Shown piece after piece: positions 1 to 10,274 of a stretch of 44,534 nucleotides of DNA; position 1 is the stretch's first letter, and each line of letters starts with the position of its first letter. The notes below the pieces were generated by a model. That model was not told where the DNA came from, ran no database searches, and worked only from the letters and a program-made list of their open reading frames with translations. The DNA is from Candidatus Krumholzibacteriales bacterium. Lineage in GTDB: Bacteria; Krumholzibacteriota; Krumholzibacteriia; Krumholzibacteriales; WJIX01. The position numbers and the translations under genes are program-made. The stretch is from assembly GCA_046483305.1 (NCBI GenBank), contig JAWODM010000079.1, positions 1-44,534 on the forward strand, read 5' to 3'.

Positions 1-509
1 CACTCAATTATCTTTTCAATAGATACTCCCATAATGACAACAAATACAATCGTTAATACAAGCCTGGAAAACATAAATCCTGCTCCGAGAAAATTAAGTT
101 CAACCATTTCCTGGGGTATCTTTATGCAACCCCAGGCGGAAAGGAAGATAATAACATTGGAAATCCGGGCGCCCTTTTTCATCAATGATAAGGCCAGGGG
201 AAAAGCCACATAGAGGGGGCCGGTTGGTAAAGCCCCAAACAGAATGGATAGAGAAACACCTTTTGCCCCGGATGCTTTTCCCAGATATTCTTCAACCATT
301 TCTTCAGGTACCCACACCATGAAAAGGCCCATTAATACCATCACCCCGGGCAGTATCCAGATCATTTCAACAAGAAATTTCCAGGATGACGCCTTCACCG
401 CGCTGCGCCTTTCCGGGAAAAGCGACACCAGGGCAATCGCTATTATGAAAACAACAGCAAGGAATATCATGTCGCGTTTCAATCCGGAGTGTTCCGCATT
501 CTTTTTCAT
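1..509 (-). CDS. DUF318/ArsP-like permease, half-size partner 2 (runs off the left edge)
   Basis: ATG at 509-507 overlaps the TGA of the upstream permease (ATGA). Frame is open to the window edge: MKKNAEHSG...GALPTGPLYVAFPLALSLMKKGA...FLSAWGCIKIPQEMVELNFLG. Hydrophobic. Not listed in the ORF track. Confidence 0.8.
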   Translation of the reverse strand, partial: MKKNAEHSGLKRDMIFLAVVFIIAIALVSLFPERRSAVKASSWKFLVEMIWILPGVMVLMGLFMVWVPEEMVEEYLGKASGAKGVSLSILFGALPTGPLYVAFPLALSLMKKGARISNVIIFLSAWGCIKIPQEMVELNFLGAGFMFSRLVLTIVFVVIMGVSIEKIIE

Positions 510-988
510 AATATCACTCCCATAATGAGAGCAATGATTATGGCGATAACAAAACTGATCCCGTTTCTCAACAGAGCCATTCTCTTGCCCAGTATTCTGA
601 TTTCCAGGGGCAGTGTTACCACACCTATCATGGTCAGGCTGGTAATGAATGCTGCCACCGAGGTGATTGATGCTCCCCTCTCCAGAAGTGATGCCGCTAA
701 AGGAAAGGAAATTAAAGAAGGAATATGTAATACGGCTCCCAGCAATGCCACAACAAGCACTCCCCCGAAACCCGCCCGGTCACCAATCAATCTCGAAATC
801 TGGCTTTTCGGCACGAACCCCAGAAGAAGCCCAATAAATATAATGATTATGAAAACCATTGGAAGAATGCGGAGGAGTGATTTAACAGCTATTTTCAGAG
901 ACTTCCTGCTTTTCTCACTGTTCCTGAGAAAGGAGATTAATAAGCATGCAAAAGCAAAAAGATTTATCAGTAAAGCTGTTGGGCTCAT
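506..988 (-). CDS. DUF318/ArsP-like permease, half-size partner 1
   Basis: 160-aa hydrophobic ORF with SFPLAASLLERGAS and TLPLEIRILGKR motifs typical of this predicted permease family. Confidence 0.8.
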   Translation of the reverse strand: MSPTALLINLFAFACLLISFLRNSEKSRKSLKIAVKSLLRILPMVFIIIIFIGLLLGFVPKSQISRLIGDRAGFGGVLVVALLGAVLHIPSLISFPLAASLLERGASITSVAAFITSLTMIGVVTLPLEIRILGKRMALLRNGISFVIAIIIALIMGVIL

Positions 989-1128
989 TATCCTGAATCC
1001 TCACCCTGAGCCTTTAAATACTCGCCCTGACGAAAGACTTTTTAAAAGCGTCGAAGTAGTGCCTGGCTTATTTATATGGGCGGTTGGAACGCAGAATTAT
1101 TCAAACAGATAATACATATTCTGTGCGG

Positions 1129-1158
1129 ATTATGGCTTAAGAGAACCTGGCCTGTCAA
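1129..1158 (-). promoter_or_regulatory. Putative sigma70 promoter for the permease pair
   Basis: Minus strand TTGACA (1158-1153), 18-bp spacer, CATAAT (1134-1129). Confidence 0.4.
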
Positions 1159-1327
1159 TACCGATTACACCTGAAGAGACAGGTATCGTCATCTGATCCC
1201 CGATGCAAGGGAATACTGCGGAGAGAGGCATGTGTCCTGGCTAAACAGGCCTTTATTGATGAACTCCGGAATTACTCCTGCGGATTCCCGGAGGGAAACT
1301 TTCATATGCGGGGGCCTCTCCCTGGCT

Positions 1328-4300
1328 TTACCGGGGACTGCGTCTTATAAGGGTGTAAGCGGCGGGAAGAAAGAAAAGGGTCAGCAGGAGCGAATAGGTC
1401 AGCCCGCCGATGACCGCGATCGCCATCGGCCGCAGCATGTCTCCTCCCTCGCCCAGGTTGAGGGCCAGGGGAACCAGCCCGATGACTGTGGTAAGCTGGG
1501 TCATGAGGATAGGCCTGAGCCGGATCGGCGCGGCAAGGGTGATTGCGTCGGAGGGATTCCCGCCGTGGCCGAGATACTCCTCGGAGAGAGTAAGCAGTAC
1601 TACACCCTGTGATATTATACCCGCCATCATCACGACCAGCCCCACCAGTACGGTTACTCCTACCGGCGTCCCTGTGATGAAAAGGGCAAGAAACGAGCCC
1701 GTCAGGGCGAGCGGAATATTAATCATTATGAGTAACGGCAGGGAGAACGATTCGAACTGAACGGCCAGGATGATGTAGGCGAAAAGCGAAGCGAAGAGTA
1801 TGATAAGGCCCATGGTCTTCCGGTTCTGAGCCATGAGATAGGCCTGTCCGCCAAACTCCCATTCGATGCCGGCGGGAGGGTCCAGATCGACTATCGCCGC
1901 TTTAACCCGCTCGACGACTTCACCGGTGCTTATACCGGTGGGATCCATCCGGACAATCACCTGCTTCACCTGGTCTTCTCTGACGATCTCGACCGGTCCT
2001 GCTGATCGTCTCAACTCCGCGACATCCTTCAACCTTACCGAAGCAATGCCACGGTCCATGATCACGAGATTTTCGATGTCGGGCTTGCTCCCAATCCTCT
2101 TCTCGGGGATCATTACCCGGATATCGTAATATTCGAGCCCCTCGCGGTATCTGGTGGCTACCGTTCCGTGCACCAGGCTTCTGAGTGTTGAAGCGATATC
2201 GCGCACGGACAGGCCGAGTGACGCGGCTTTCTCGCGGTCGATAACTATCTTGTACTCCGGCTTAGTCATATCCATTGAGATATTGACGTTCCCGACGCCG
2301 GGTGTGCCCTCGAGCCGATCCGCCAGGGTCTCTGCGAACCTGAATATGGATAGTATATCGGTTCCTTTGACTTTTACCTCTACTTCCTGCTCGCCCGTCT
2401 TCCGGATGCCTTCTACACGCCTCTGCATCACGTTGATCTTTCCTCCGGGTACAGGGACCTTCTTCACCAGGGGAGAGATCTTGCGGATGAATTCCTGTGT
2501 GTCGATATCCCGTTCGGACTTTGGGACCAGCTGCAGGTTCAGCTCCCCCTCGTTGGCTATCTCGAAGGTCGCCAGCCCCCATACCCTCCCACCGGCGAGG
2601 GTGAAGATGCTCTCTATCTCCGAAATATCCTCCAGTTTCGATTCAAGCCTGGCCAGTATTCTGTCTACCCTGCCGACAGCTGTCCCGCTCGGCATCATCA
2701 CCTTTACCCTGATTCTGCCGTCGTCCAGCTTGGGGAGAAACTCCGATCCGGTGCGCGCAATCAGTATCAGGGAAACGGCGAAGACAGCGAAGGCAAGCAC
2801 GATTACGGTTTTTCCGTGTTTCAGCGTTTTGTCCAGGATTCTGGCATACATACATATAAGGCGGTCGATGAGAGCGTGAAAGAAAAGGCCGATTCCGGAG
2901 AATGGTTCAGTCCCGCTGCGGGCTAAGACCCAGTTGGCCAGAGAAGGGGTCAGTGTGACAGCTATAAGCAGAGAGATGACTACTATTCCAGCCACTACCA
3001 TCACCAGCTCCCTGAACAGCAGCGAGGTCAACCCAGGTATGAAAATGAACGGTATGAATATTACGAAAAATGTAAGTGTCGCAGTTATTATTGCTGTCCC
3101 GACCTGGTCGGTCCCCCTGAGAGCAGGGTCCTTCTCGCCGGAGTCGCCGAGTCTGATTATATTCTCCAGGACCACGATAGAGTTGTCAAGTATCACCCCC
3201 AGGGCGACTACCATCCCGCCGAGGGAGAACAGGTTGAGGGAAAAGCCCAGCAGCCTCATCAGAAAAAAGTTGGTCAGGAGAGTAACCAGAAGGGCTGCCA
3301 TCATCACCAGCACATAGCGAAGACGGCCGAGGAAAATAAATATTACCAGTATCACCAGCACGGCGGCCAGCAGAGCTGTGCTCTCGACGCTGTTAATAGC
3401 GCCAGTAATGTAGCTTCCCTGATCCTCTACGAAGCCGAACTCTATATCTTCTGGTATGTCTTTTGCCAATTCCCGCATCTTCAGCCTGACAGCGCGGGCG
3501 ACCTCCACAGTGTTCGCCTCAGCCTGCTTGAGTACGTTGAGCTTGATGCAGGTCTCGCCGTTGAAGCGAGTGTTGACGCGTATCTCCTCGTGTGAATCTT
3601 CCACCTCGGCCACGTCCCGGAGATAAATCTTGCCATCGCTGCCGTCTGTTGCCACCACAATGCCGGCTATCTCGTCCAGGCTCGTGAACTCGCCCATTGT
3701 CCGCGCGATTATCTCCCTGTCCCCGGTGGTTACCCGGCCGGCAAAGATCTCCCTGTTGGCCTCGGATACAGCCTTGACTATGGCCTTGGATGAAAGTCCG
3801 TATGCTGACATCCGGCCCGGATCGAGATGAATGCGGATCTCGCGCTCAAGCCCTCCGACGATCTCGACTCCTGCCGTTCCGGGCACAGTGACGATCTTTT
3901 CAATAAGCCAGTTGTCGGCCCAGTCCCTGAGCCATACCAGCGAGCGGGTGTTGGATGTAACAATTGCCTGTGTAACCGGCAGAAAGGAAGGGTCGGCCTT
4001 TATAATGAGGGGCGGGTCCATATCCTCCGGAAGCTCCCTCTCTGCCCGGGCCATGGCGGAGACGACGTCCTGAAACGCTTCGTCGACATCCGTTCCGTAC
4101 CGGCAATTGACCAGCAGAGTGTACATGCCCTCTATGGAGGAAGACTCTATATAGTCGAGGTTGTCTACCGTGGACATCACCCGCTCTATCGGCTCGGCGA
4201 TGTTCGTCTCTATCTCCTCGGGAGTGGCTCCACGCCACCATATGTGTATCTTGATCATGGGGTAAGCTATGTCGGGCAGATAGTCGATATCGAGGGTGGT

Positions 4301-4387
4301 CAGGCCGTACAACCCCATGGAAACTAAGGCTATGACAAGCACAGTCGTTGCGACGGGACGCTTCAATGTTATTGCGGTCAGTCTCAT
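1328..4387 (-). CDS. RND efflux transporter, inner-membrane permease subunit (AcrB/AcrD/AcrF family)
   Basis: 1019 aa. N-terminal RPVAT, GATPEEIE, TM4 GVILDNSIVVLENI and TM11 RLRPILMT, with the two-repeat RND layout. Confidence 0.95.
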   Translation of the reverse strand: MRLTAITLKRPVATTVLVIALVSMGLYGLTTLDIDYLPDIAYPMIKIHIWWRGATPEEIETNIAEPIERVMSTVDNLDYIESSSIEGMYTLLVNCRYGTDVDEAFQDVVSAMARAERELPEDMDPPLIIKADPSFLPVTQAIVTSNTRSLVWLRDWADNWLIEKIVTVPGTAGVEIVGGLEREIRIHLDPGRMSAYGLSSKAIVKAVSEANREIFAGRVTTGDREIIARTMGEFTSLDEIAGIVVATDGSDGKIYLRDVAEVEDSHEEIRVNTRFNGETCIKLNVLKQAEANTVEVARAVRLKMRELAKDIPEDIEFGFVEDQGSYITGAINSVESTALLAAVLVILVIFIFLGRLRYVLVMMAALLVTLLTNFFLMRLLGFSLNLFSLGGMVVALGVILDNSIVVLENIIRLGDSGEKDPALRGTDQVGTAIITATLTFFVIFIPFIFIPGLTSLLFRELVMVVAGIVVISLLIAVTLTPSLANWVLARSGTEPFSGIGLFFHALIDRLICMYARILDKTLKHGKTVIVLAFAVFAVSLILIARTGSEFLPKLDDGRIRVKVMMPSGTAVGRVDRILARLESKLEDISEIESIFTLAGGRVWGLATFEIANEGELNLQLVPKSERDIDTQEFIRKISPLVKKVPVPGGKINVMQRRVEGIRKTGEQEVEVKVKGTDILSIFRFAETLADRLEGTPGVGNVNISMDMTKPEYKIVIDREKAASLGLSVRDIASTLRSLVHGTVATRYREGLEYYDIRVMIPEKRIGSKPDIENLVIMDRGIASVRLKDVAELRRSAGPVEIVREDQVKQVIVRMDPTGISTGEVVERVKAAIVDLDPPAGIEWEFGGQAYLMAQNRKTMGLIILFASLFAYIILAVQFESFSLPLLIMINIPLALTGSFLALFITGTPVGVTVLVGLVVMMAGIISQGVVLLTLSEEYLGHGGNPSDAITLAAPIRLRPILMTQLTTVIGLVPLALNLGEGGDMLRPMAIAVIGGLTYSLLLTLFFLPAAYTLIRRSPR

Positions 4388-4388
4388 A

Positions 4389-5483
4389 TTATCGGTCTCT
4401 CCGCTCTCCGCTGTCGATTACTCTGACTTTCACCGCATCCTGAAGCGTCCGGTTACCGGATACGACCACTGAATCACCCACGGCTACACCCGAGTTTATC
4501 TGTACCTCGTTTCCCTGTTCGATCCCGGTGGTGACCTCTCGCTGGAATGCCTTTCCGCCTTCGATTATGAAGACAGTCTCCTTCTCCTGCGGAGTAACCA
4601 CTATAGCCCGGGCCGGAATCACCACGGCGTCACTGACCGTTTCGACCGGTACTACAAGTCTCGCGAACATCCCCGGTACCATGTCGATATCGTCCTCGAG
4701 GATGGCCTCGGCGGTCCGCGTACGGGTCCGGCGATCCAGCTCGGGATAGATCCTCAAAATACTTGCCCCAAATTCACTTTCTCCATAGGCATCAATCGAC
4801 AATGTAATTTTCTGACCCACTCCAATGTTCATAGCCTCTATTTCGGGAACGGCGAACCTTATCACCAGGCTCCCCGGATCTAACATTTCCACAAGAACTT
4901 CCCGGGGCGACACGAAATACCCCTCAGTAACGTAAACTCTGCTGATCTCCCCGTCCCACGGAGCTCTCACTTTGTAGTCTGAGATGTTCACCAGGGCGTC
5001 GCTCAGGCGAGCTCTGGCTTCGGCAACACGCAGGCGGGCTTCGTCAAGCATCTCGCCCGGCACCGCGCCTGATTCCACGAGCTTCTCTATCTTTTTCAGC
5101 TCTTCCTGTTCCCTGGTCAGCTCTTCCCGCGCAGCGGCCGCTCTGTCATCGGCAGCCTTCCGGCGGCCGATGGTGAGGAGAACCCGGCCCTTCTCAACCT
5201 TGTCCCCTTCCCGGATATGGCAGGCCAGGACCGGCCCCTGGGCCGGTGAAGCGATCCTTGCCATCCTGGACGCTTCTGCCGTTCCGATAAGCTCGATGCT
5301 CCTGGTCATATCACTCGAGATAGCATCCTCCGCCTCCACCAACGGTATCCTGCCTGTTTTATTCCCCGTTTTTTCGTCCCTACTGCATCCGATGAGCAGG
5401 GAGGATAACAGGAGGATCAGGACAGACCGCAGAGATATCTGAACGAGAATCCGATATACACGACGCTTACTGATGAGACCCAT
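4389..5483 (-). CDS. RND efflux periplasmic adaptor (membrane fusion protein), probable lipoprotein
   Basis: Start placed at ATG 5483 (AGGAG SD upstream). Lipobox LLIGC, EGDKVEKGRVL lipoyl half-motif, coiled coil, VRAPWDG and PGMFAR. Confidence 0.9.
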   Translation of the reverse strand: MGLISKRRVYRILVQISLRSVLILLLSSLLIGCSRDEKTGNKTGRIPLVEAEDAISSDMTRSIELIGTAEASRMARIASPAQGPVLACHIREGDKVEKGRVLLTIGRRKAADDRAAAAREELTREQEELKKIEKLVESGAVPGEMLDEARLRVAEARARLSDALVNISDYKVRAPWDGEISRVYVTEGYFVSPREVLVEMLDPGSLVIRFAVPEIEAMNIGVGQKITLSIDAYGESEFGASILRIYPELDRRTRTRTAEAILEDDIDMVPGMFARLVVPVETVSDAVVIPARAIVVTPQEKETVFIIEGGKAFQREVTTGIEQGNEVQINSGVAVGDSVVVSGNRTLQDAVKVRVIDSGERRDR

Positions 5484-6882
5484 GATTTTCTCCTGTTTTA
5501 AATCTAATCCGTGCGATCTGAATATTATAGTCCGCAAGGGCGGAATATCTGGCCGCCCGCATCTTCTGCAATGCAGATTCCGCATCCAGAACGTCCGTTA
5601 CGGCGCCTTTTCCAAGCTCATATTTTTCCCTCTCTATGCGGAGGGACTCAAAGGCCTTGTCGACAGCCTTGTCGGTAGCGGCCAATCTCTTCTTTGACGA
5701 CTCCAGGTGGTATACAGCGGATTCTACCTCTATCCTTATCTGCAACTCGAGATCCCGCAGCCTGTTTTCCTGGCCGGCGAGTTTCGCCTTCTCGATATCA
5801 ACCTCCGCGCCCCGTCTTCCCCCTTCGAAGATGGGAAGCTCCAGGACACACCCGGCTCTTGCTATGTCCTCGAGATAGGCGGCGCCGGGCATCTCTATGA
5901 AAGATCCGGCGGCCCTCTGTCCTGAATATGACGCGAACAGCGAGACCGTAGGCCAGTATGCCGAGCGGGCCGCATCAACACGTTTTTCCTGTGCTTCCAG
6001 CTGCTTTTGAGCGGCCAGATAGTCTGCTCTTTTCGAATATGCAGAGGAGAGCGCCTCGTCGAAATCTGGCGCCTGGTAGTCTGGATAGAGGTTCAGGGAC
6101 TGCCTTATCGTGATATCTTCCCGATCGATCCCCATCAGGTTCAGCAGCCCGCGCTTGTGTACGGCGAGATCGCCCTTCTCCATCTCCATCCTCTGAGCTA
6201 TGTCAGCGAGGCGGACCTCCACTCGCAGCAGATCGGATCTGGACGCTTTCTCGGCGGCAATGAGTGATTTTATCTTCTTCAGGTGCTCTCCGAGCGTTCT
6301 GTGGGAGAACTCGAATGACTGGATAACCATACTCTGTTTCAGAATGATGAAGTATAGCTCGGTCACCTCGTATTCGATTCTTCTTCGGGTAAACTCCAGT
6401 CTGTTCCGGGCCGAGTCCTTAAGGAACTCGTAGGCGCCCAGCTCGCTGGATATTCTCCATCCGGTGAATATGGGAACGCTGGCCTGGATATTCCAGGAGA
6501 GCACCTCGTCGGCGTAGACCATGGGATATCCCGGCTCACGAGGAGGTGCCATTCTCTCTGTTTCGGAATAACGTGAATAGCTCCCCGTGCCCGTGATATC
6601 AGGCCAACGCTGCCCCGCCGCTCTGTTCCTTTCCGCGGCAGCCTCATCGATCTTCGAATTCCAGTAGAGTATGCGGGGGTTGTTTTTCATTGCTATGGCT
6701 ACGCATTCACTGCGGCTCAGTGAATCCGGTGTATTCTGGATCTGGTAAGGTTTTGCTGTTGCCATACCGGATGGTCCGCCGGTTTCTATGGACCCGGCCG
6801 GCGCGGCTTTCCCCGCAATACTTATGCTCAGCAGGACATATAACGCAACAAATGGTATATTAGCCGCTGGCAAAGTTCGCAT
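5467..6882 (-). CDS. TolC-family outer membrane efflux protein
   Basis: Signal-like N terminus, AMKNNP, YWPTVSL, LPIFEGG and YELGKGAVTDVLDAE. Start probably ATG 6882 rather than TTG 6930. Confidence 0.9.
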   Translation of the reverse strand: MRTLPAANIPFVALYVLLSISIAGKAAPAGSIETGGPSGMATAKPYQIQNTPDSLSRSECVAIAMKNNPRILYWNSKIDEAAAERNRAAGQRWPDITGTGSYSRYSETERMAPPREPGYPMVYADEVLSWNIQASVPIFTGWRISSELGAYEFLKDSARNRLEFTRRRIEYEVTELYFIILKQSMVIQSFEFSHRTLGEHLKKIKSLIAAEKASRSDLLRVEVRLADIAQRMEMEKGDLAVHKRGLLNLMGIDREDITIRQSLNLYPDYQAPDFDEALSSAYSKRADYLAAQKQLEAQEKRVDAARSAYWPTVSLFASYSGQRAAGSFIEMPGAAYLEDIARAGCVLELPIFEGGRRGAEVDIEKAKLAGQENRLRDLELQIRIEVESAVYHLESSKKRLAATDKAVDKAFESLRIEREKYELGKGAVTDVLDAESALQKMRAARYSALADYNIQIARIRFKTGENHGSHQ

Positions 6883-7858
6883 GTTACCACTCTCTCTTAC
6901 TTTTCCTGACGTTGACGGCCGTCTGGCCAACTCCTTATATTTTGTATAAACGCAACAACCCGGATATTCTTGCAGGAAAAATAAGATTTTTTTAATAAAT
7001 ATTACCGGAAGCCTTCTAATATGATCTCAACCAATTCCGGTGACAGCCTCCTTCTTGCCGGGTAAATTATCGGTTCAAGGTCTGAGGCGCACTTATCCAT
7101 TATCCGGATATTCCCCTTTAGTTGAGAACGTAACCGGTTATGAACTCGATGGTTGTTGCTATATCAGGAGACTGGCCGCCAAGGGTTTTCCTCCATCCCG
7201 GCTACTTCACTCCCTGTAATTGGGAATAGTATTCTGACGGCTAATATGAGCGTCAAGGCTTGAATTGTAACTGTTGTAAAGATCCGGTTCAGATATATCA
7301 GGCGATTGGTCCCCGGTTACATACGGCCATACATTTCAGAAAAGAACGTCTGAAATGCACAACGGACGACGGGGGGATGCAAACACTTTCAGTGTCGGGC
7401 CCATTCAGGTCAAGCATTCCTGAATCATGGTGCGGACAATTCTTAATAACCTGATTTGTGTAATGGCGCCTGGCCGCGGGCCTGATCAATGTCTCCAGTC
7501 AGACGCAGGAAGCCGATGGCCCCCGCCTGAAGCGGAATGTTAGCCTCTAACTTATTCCCTTGCGATTTCAGCTCTTCATCTATTCGTTCCGCCACGAATA
7601 TCTTTCCTGGCTTTTTCCCATTCAAAGTATTGGGTGTAATTTTCGTCTTTGAGCCGCATTTGCGAAGCGGCAGGGAGTTATCTTTCCATACTTTACCTAT
7701 CAGATTCATCCGGGTGCGCCAGCCCGTAAGCCTTTACGCTCAGCGCGGAACCGTGTTCAGAGCGGATACCTTCACGGAATCGGCCTTCGGTTCACCGGGT
7801 TGTTAATGTGAATATGCCATGTTCCGCTTACGGACAGCGATCGGGCAAGCTGTTTCGA

Positions 7859-8467
7859 TTACCCGATCTCCGCCGAGGAGACTACTCTTGCTCCCTTGCT
7901 GACCAGGTCGCGCTTCGCTTTGTGGAAATCCTCCTGGTCAAGAGCCCGCGTGGCGTCCTCAATGAGGGTGGCGGCAAAGCCCAGCCCCAGCGCATCTTTC
8001 AGCGTGAACGCTACGCAGATCTCCGCTGCCAGGCCACAGAAGTAGAGGTCTGCCGCCTCTTTTTCCCTGAGGTAACCGGCCAGAGCTGTGGTTTTTTTAT
8101 GGCCGTTGTCGAAGAAGCCGCTGTAGCTGTCGATGCCGGGGTCCATCCCCTTCCTGAAGATTGCCTCGACTGGTCTGAGATCAAGCTCCGGATGAAACTC
8201 CGCGCCCCTGGTCCCCTGCACGCAATGGTCGGGCCACAGCGTCTGGCGCATACCGTCCAGGTCTATCTGGCCGAACGGTTTTTTGCCCTGGTGGTTCGAA
8301 GCGAAGCTGACGTGATTGGGAGGGTGCCAGTCCTGGGTCGCCACGACCAGGTCGAACCCGCCTTGGAGAGCATTGATCACCGGTACGATCCGGTCTCCAT
8401 CCGGGACCGCCAGCGCTCCGCCGGGAATGAAATCGTTCTGCACGTCCACGATTACCAGTGTCTTCAT
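7859..8467 (-). CDS. pncA: Nicotinamidase/pyrazinamidase
   Basis: VDVQNDF, QDWHP, WPDHC, FRKG...DSYSGF and GLAAEIC motifs. Overlaps pncB by ATGA. Confidence 0.95.
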   Translation of the reverse strand: MKTLVIVDVQNDFIPGGALAVPDGDRIVPVINALQGGFDLVVATQDWHPPNHVSFASNHQGKKPFGQIDLDGMRQTLWPDHCVQGTRGAEFHPELDLRPVEAIFRKGMDPGIDSYSGFFDNGHKKTTALAGYLREKEAADLYFCGLAAEICVAFTLKDALGLGFAATLIEDATRALDQEDFHKAKRDLVSKGARVVSSAEIG

Positions 8468-9879
8468 TTTTCAAGTTCCTTCCGGTGTGCTTCCACCAGG
8501 CTGTCTCGTACCTCCTTGAGCCGGGTACTCAGGCCAACCTTGTAGAGGTGAGGGTTGATGAAACGTTTATATTCGGATGGAAGCTGCTTCATGCGTTTCT
8601 TCGAGTAGCCGGCGATTTCCTGAAGCGATCTCGCATCTGCGGTTCTCTCGCCGTCCTTCATTACCTGATGCAGAAGCGGCTCTTTTTCATGCTCATCAAT
8701 CCGAAGCGATTTCAGGGGATCAGATGGGTGATGCATTCGCTGAACATCAGTTTCGCCGGCAAGGGCCACGGCGTCGGCGCCGAAGAAGTTGCCGTCGCCG
8801 TTGAGTACGCGGAATACCTGCTTCAGGTGCGGCAGGCTGATTTTCTCGGTAGTCTCAGACAGTTTCAGGCGGGGCCCGCCGTTAGCGAATGCGAGCTTGT
8901 AGACTCCGTCCAGGGAGGCGTCTGGCGGGCCGGTCACCAGCCTGGTTCCCACGCCGAAGAAGTTGATCGGCGCTCCCTGCTTTAGCAGACTTTCGATCAC
9001 GTGTTCATCAAGCTGGTTAGAAGCCGCTATCTTTACGTAGTCGAGCCCGGCCTCATCGAGCATTCTTCGCGCCTGCCTCGAGAGATAGGCCAGATCGCCG
9101 CTATCCAGTCGAATGCCGAGCAGCCGCTGCCCCCGCCGGGCCATTTCCTTTCCAACCTTGATCGCATTGGGGACCCCGCTTTTCAAGGTGTCATAGGTAT
9201 CCACCAGCAGAACGCAGTTCTCCGGATGCCCCCCGGCGAAATCCCGGAATGCGGCCAACTCGTCGTCGTAGCGCTGCACAAAGGAATGAGCCATGGTTCC
9301 GGATATGGGAATGCCGAAATCGCGCCCCGCGCGCACGTTGCTGGTGCTCTCAAATCCCCCGATAATCGCGGCCCGGCTGGCATAATATCCGGCGGGGCCG
9401 TGGGCGCGGCGCAGCCCGAAATCAATAAGTTTGCAGTTGACGGCCGCCTGTCGCATACGGCTCGCTTTTGTGGCGATCAGAGTCTCGAAGTTCAGGATGT
9501 TCAAAAGAAGCGTTTCTATCAGCTGGGCCTCGATCAGTGGCGCCTCCACGCTCAGCACCGGGCGGGTCGGGAAGATCACGTCGCCCTCCGGGGAGCTGTA
9601 CACATTGCCCCGGAAACGGAAGTTCTTGAGGTAGTTCAGAAACTCCGGGTTATACCCCTGCCCGCTCAGATATTCGATATCCGCCCGGTCAAAGCGCAGT
9701 GTCTCCAGAATCCGCAGCAGGTCTTCCAGCCCTGCGAAGATGGTGTAGCCGCTGTTGAAGGGCTGACTGCGGAAGAAGTAATCGAAGACCGCCCGCTCCT
9801 GCCCGTACCCTTTACGGAAATAGACCTGAGCCATGGTGAGTTCGTATTCGTCGGTGTATGTGCCGGTGAAATCGATCAT
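8464..9879 (-). CDS. pncB: Nicotinate phosphoribosyltransferase
   Basis: TDEYELTM, DFGLRRAHG, GTMAHS, LVDTYD, RLDSGDL and GVYKL motifs. AGGAGG SD upstream. Confidence 0.96.
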   Translation of the reverse strand: MIDFTGTYTDEYELTMAQVYFRKGYGQERAVFDYFFRSQPFNSGYTIFAGLEDLLRILETLRFDRADIEYLSGQGYNPEFLNYLKNFRFRGNVYSSPEGDVIFPTRPVLSVEAPLIEAQLIETLLLNILNFETLIATKASRMRQAAVNCKLIDFGLRRAHGPAGYYASRAAIIGGFESTSNVRAGRDFGIPISGTMAHSFVQRYDDELAAFRDFAGGHPENCVLLVDTYDTLKSGVPNAIKVGKEMARRGQRLLGIRLDSGDLAYLSRQARRMLDEAGLDYVKIAASNQLDEHVIESLLKQGAPINFFGVGTRLVTGPPDASLDGVYKLAFANGGPRLKLSETTEKISLPHLKQVFRVLNGDGNFFGADAVALAGETDVQRMHHPSDPLKSLRIDEHEKEPLLHQVMKDGERTADARSLQEIAGYSKKRMKQLPSEYKRFINPHLYKVGLSTRLKEVRDSLVEAHRKELEK

Positions 9880-10274
9880 GCAATCCTCCTACCGGCCTGA
9901 ATGTTTAATGCAAATGTATGCCCTCCGGCCATCCTTCCCGCATAACAGCCCGCGCAATGGCGACTCATTGGCGATAGGGCGATACGGCGATCTGTTCACC
10001 CTTCGCCGGGCCGGGCGATCCCCCGAGGTCATTTTCCTGAAGCCCCGGGGCCCCTGCGCTGAGCAGGACGAGCCCGGATGTACCTGGCCGGGCTGAGCCT
10101 TGCCAGCTCATCGAGGGCTTATAGCGGCGTGGGCGCGGATTGTATACGGTATCCGAAGATTCCCTCTCGATATGGCCGGCGATGTCAGAAAAAGGCCGTC
10201 GTTCTTCCAGGACAGCCAGAGAACTCCGCGTGCCAGGAGAATGGCAGGACATCCCGGAACTTGTCCTTCCATGA

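Noticed and set aside
244..1112. Plus-strand ORFs of 93 and 207 aa
   Set aside because: Antisense shadows of the two permease genes
5484..5585. N-terminal extension of the MFP ORF with CRRC
   Set aside because: Lies inside tolC; the SD-supported start is at 5483
7443..7709. 88-aa minus-strand ORF
   Set aside because: No recognisable motif or SD, so it cannot be supported as a gene
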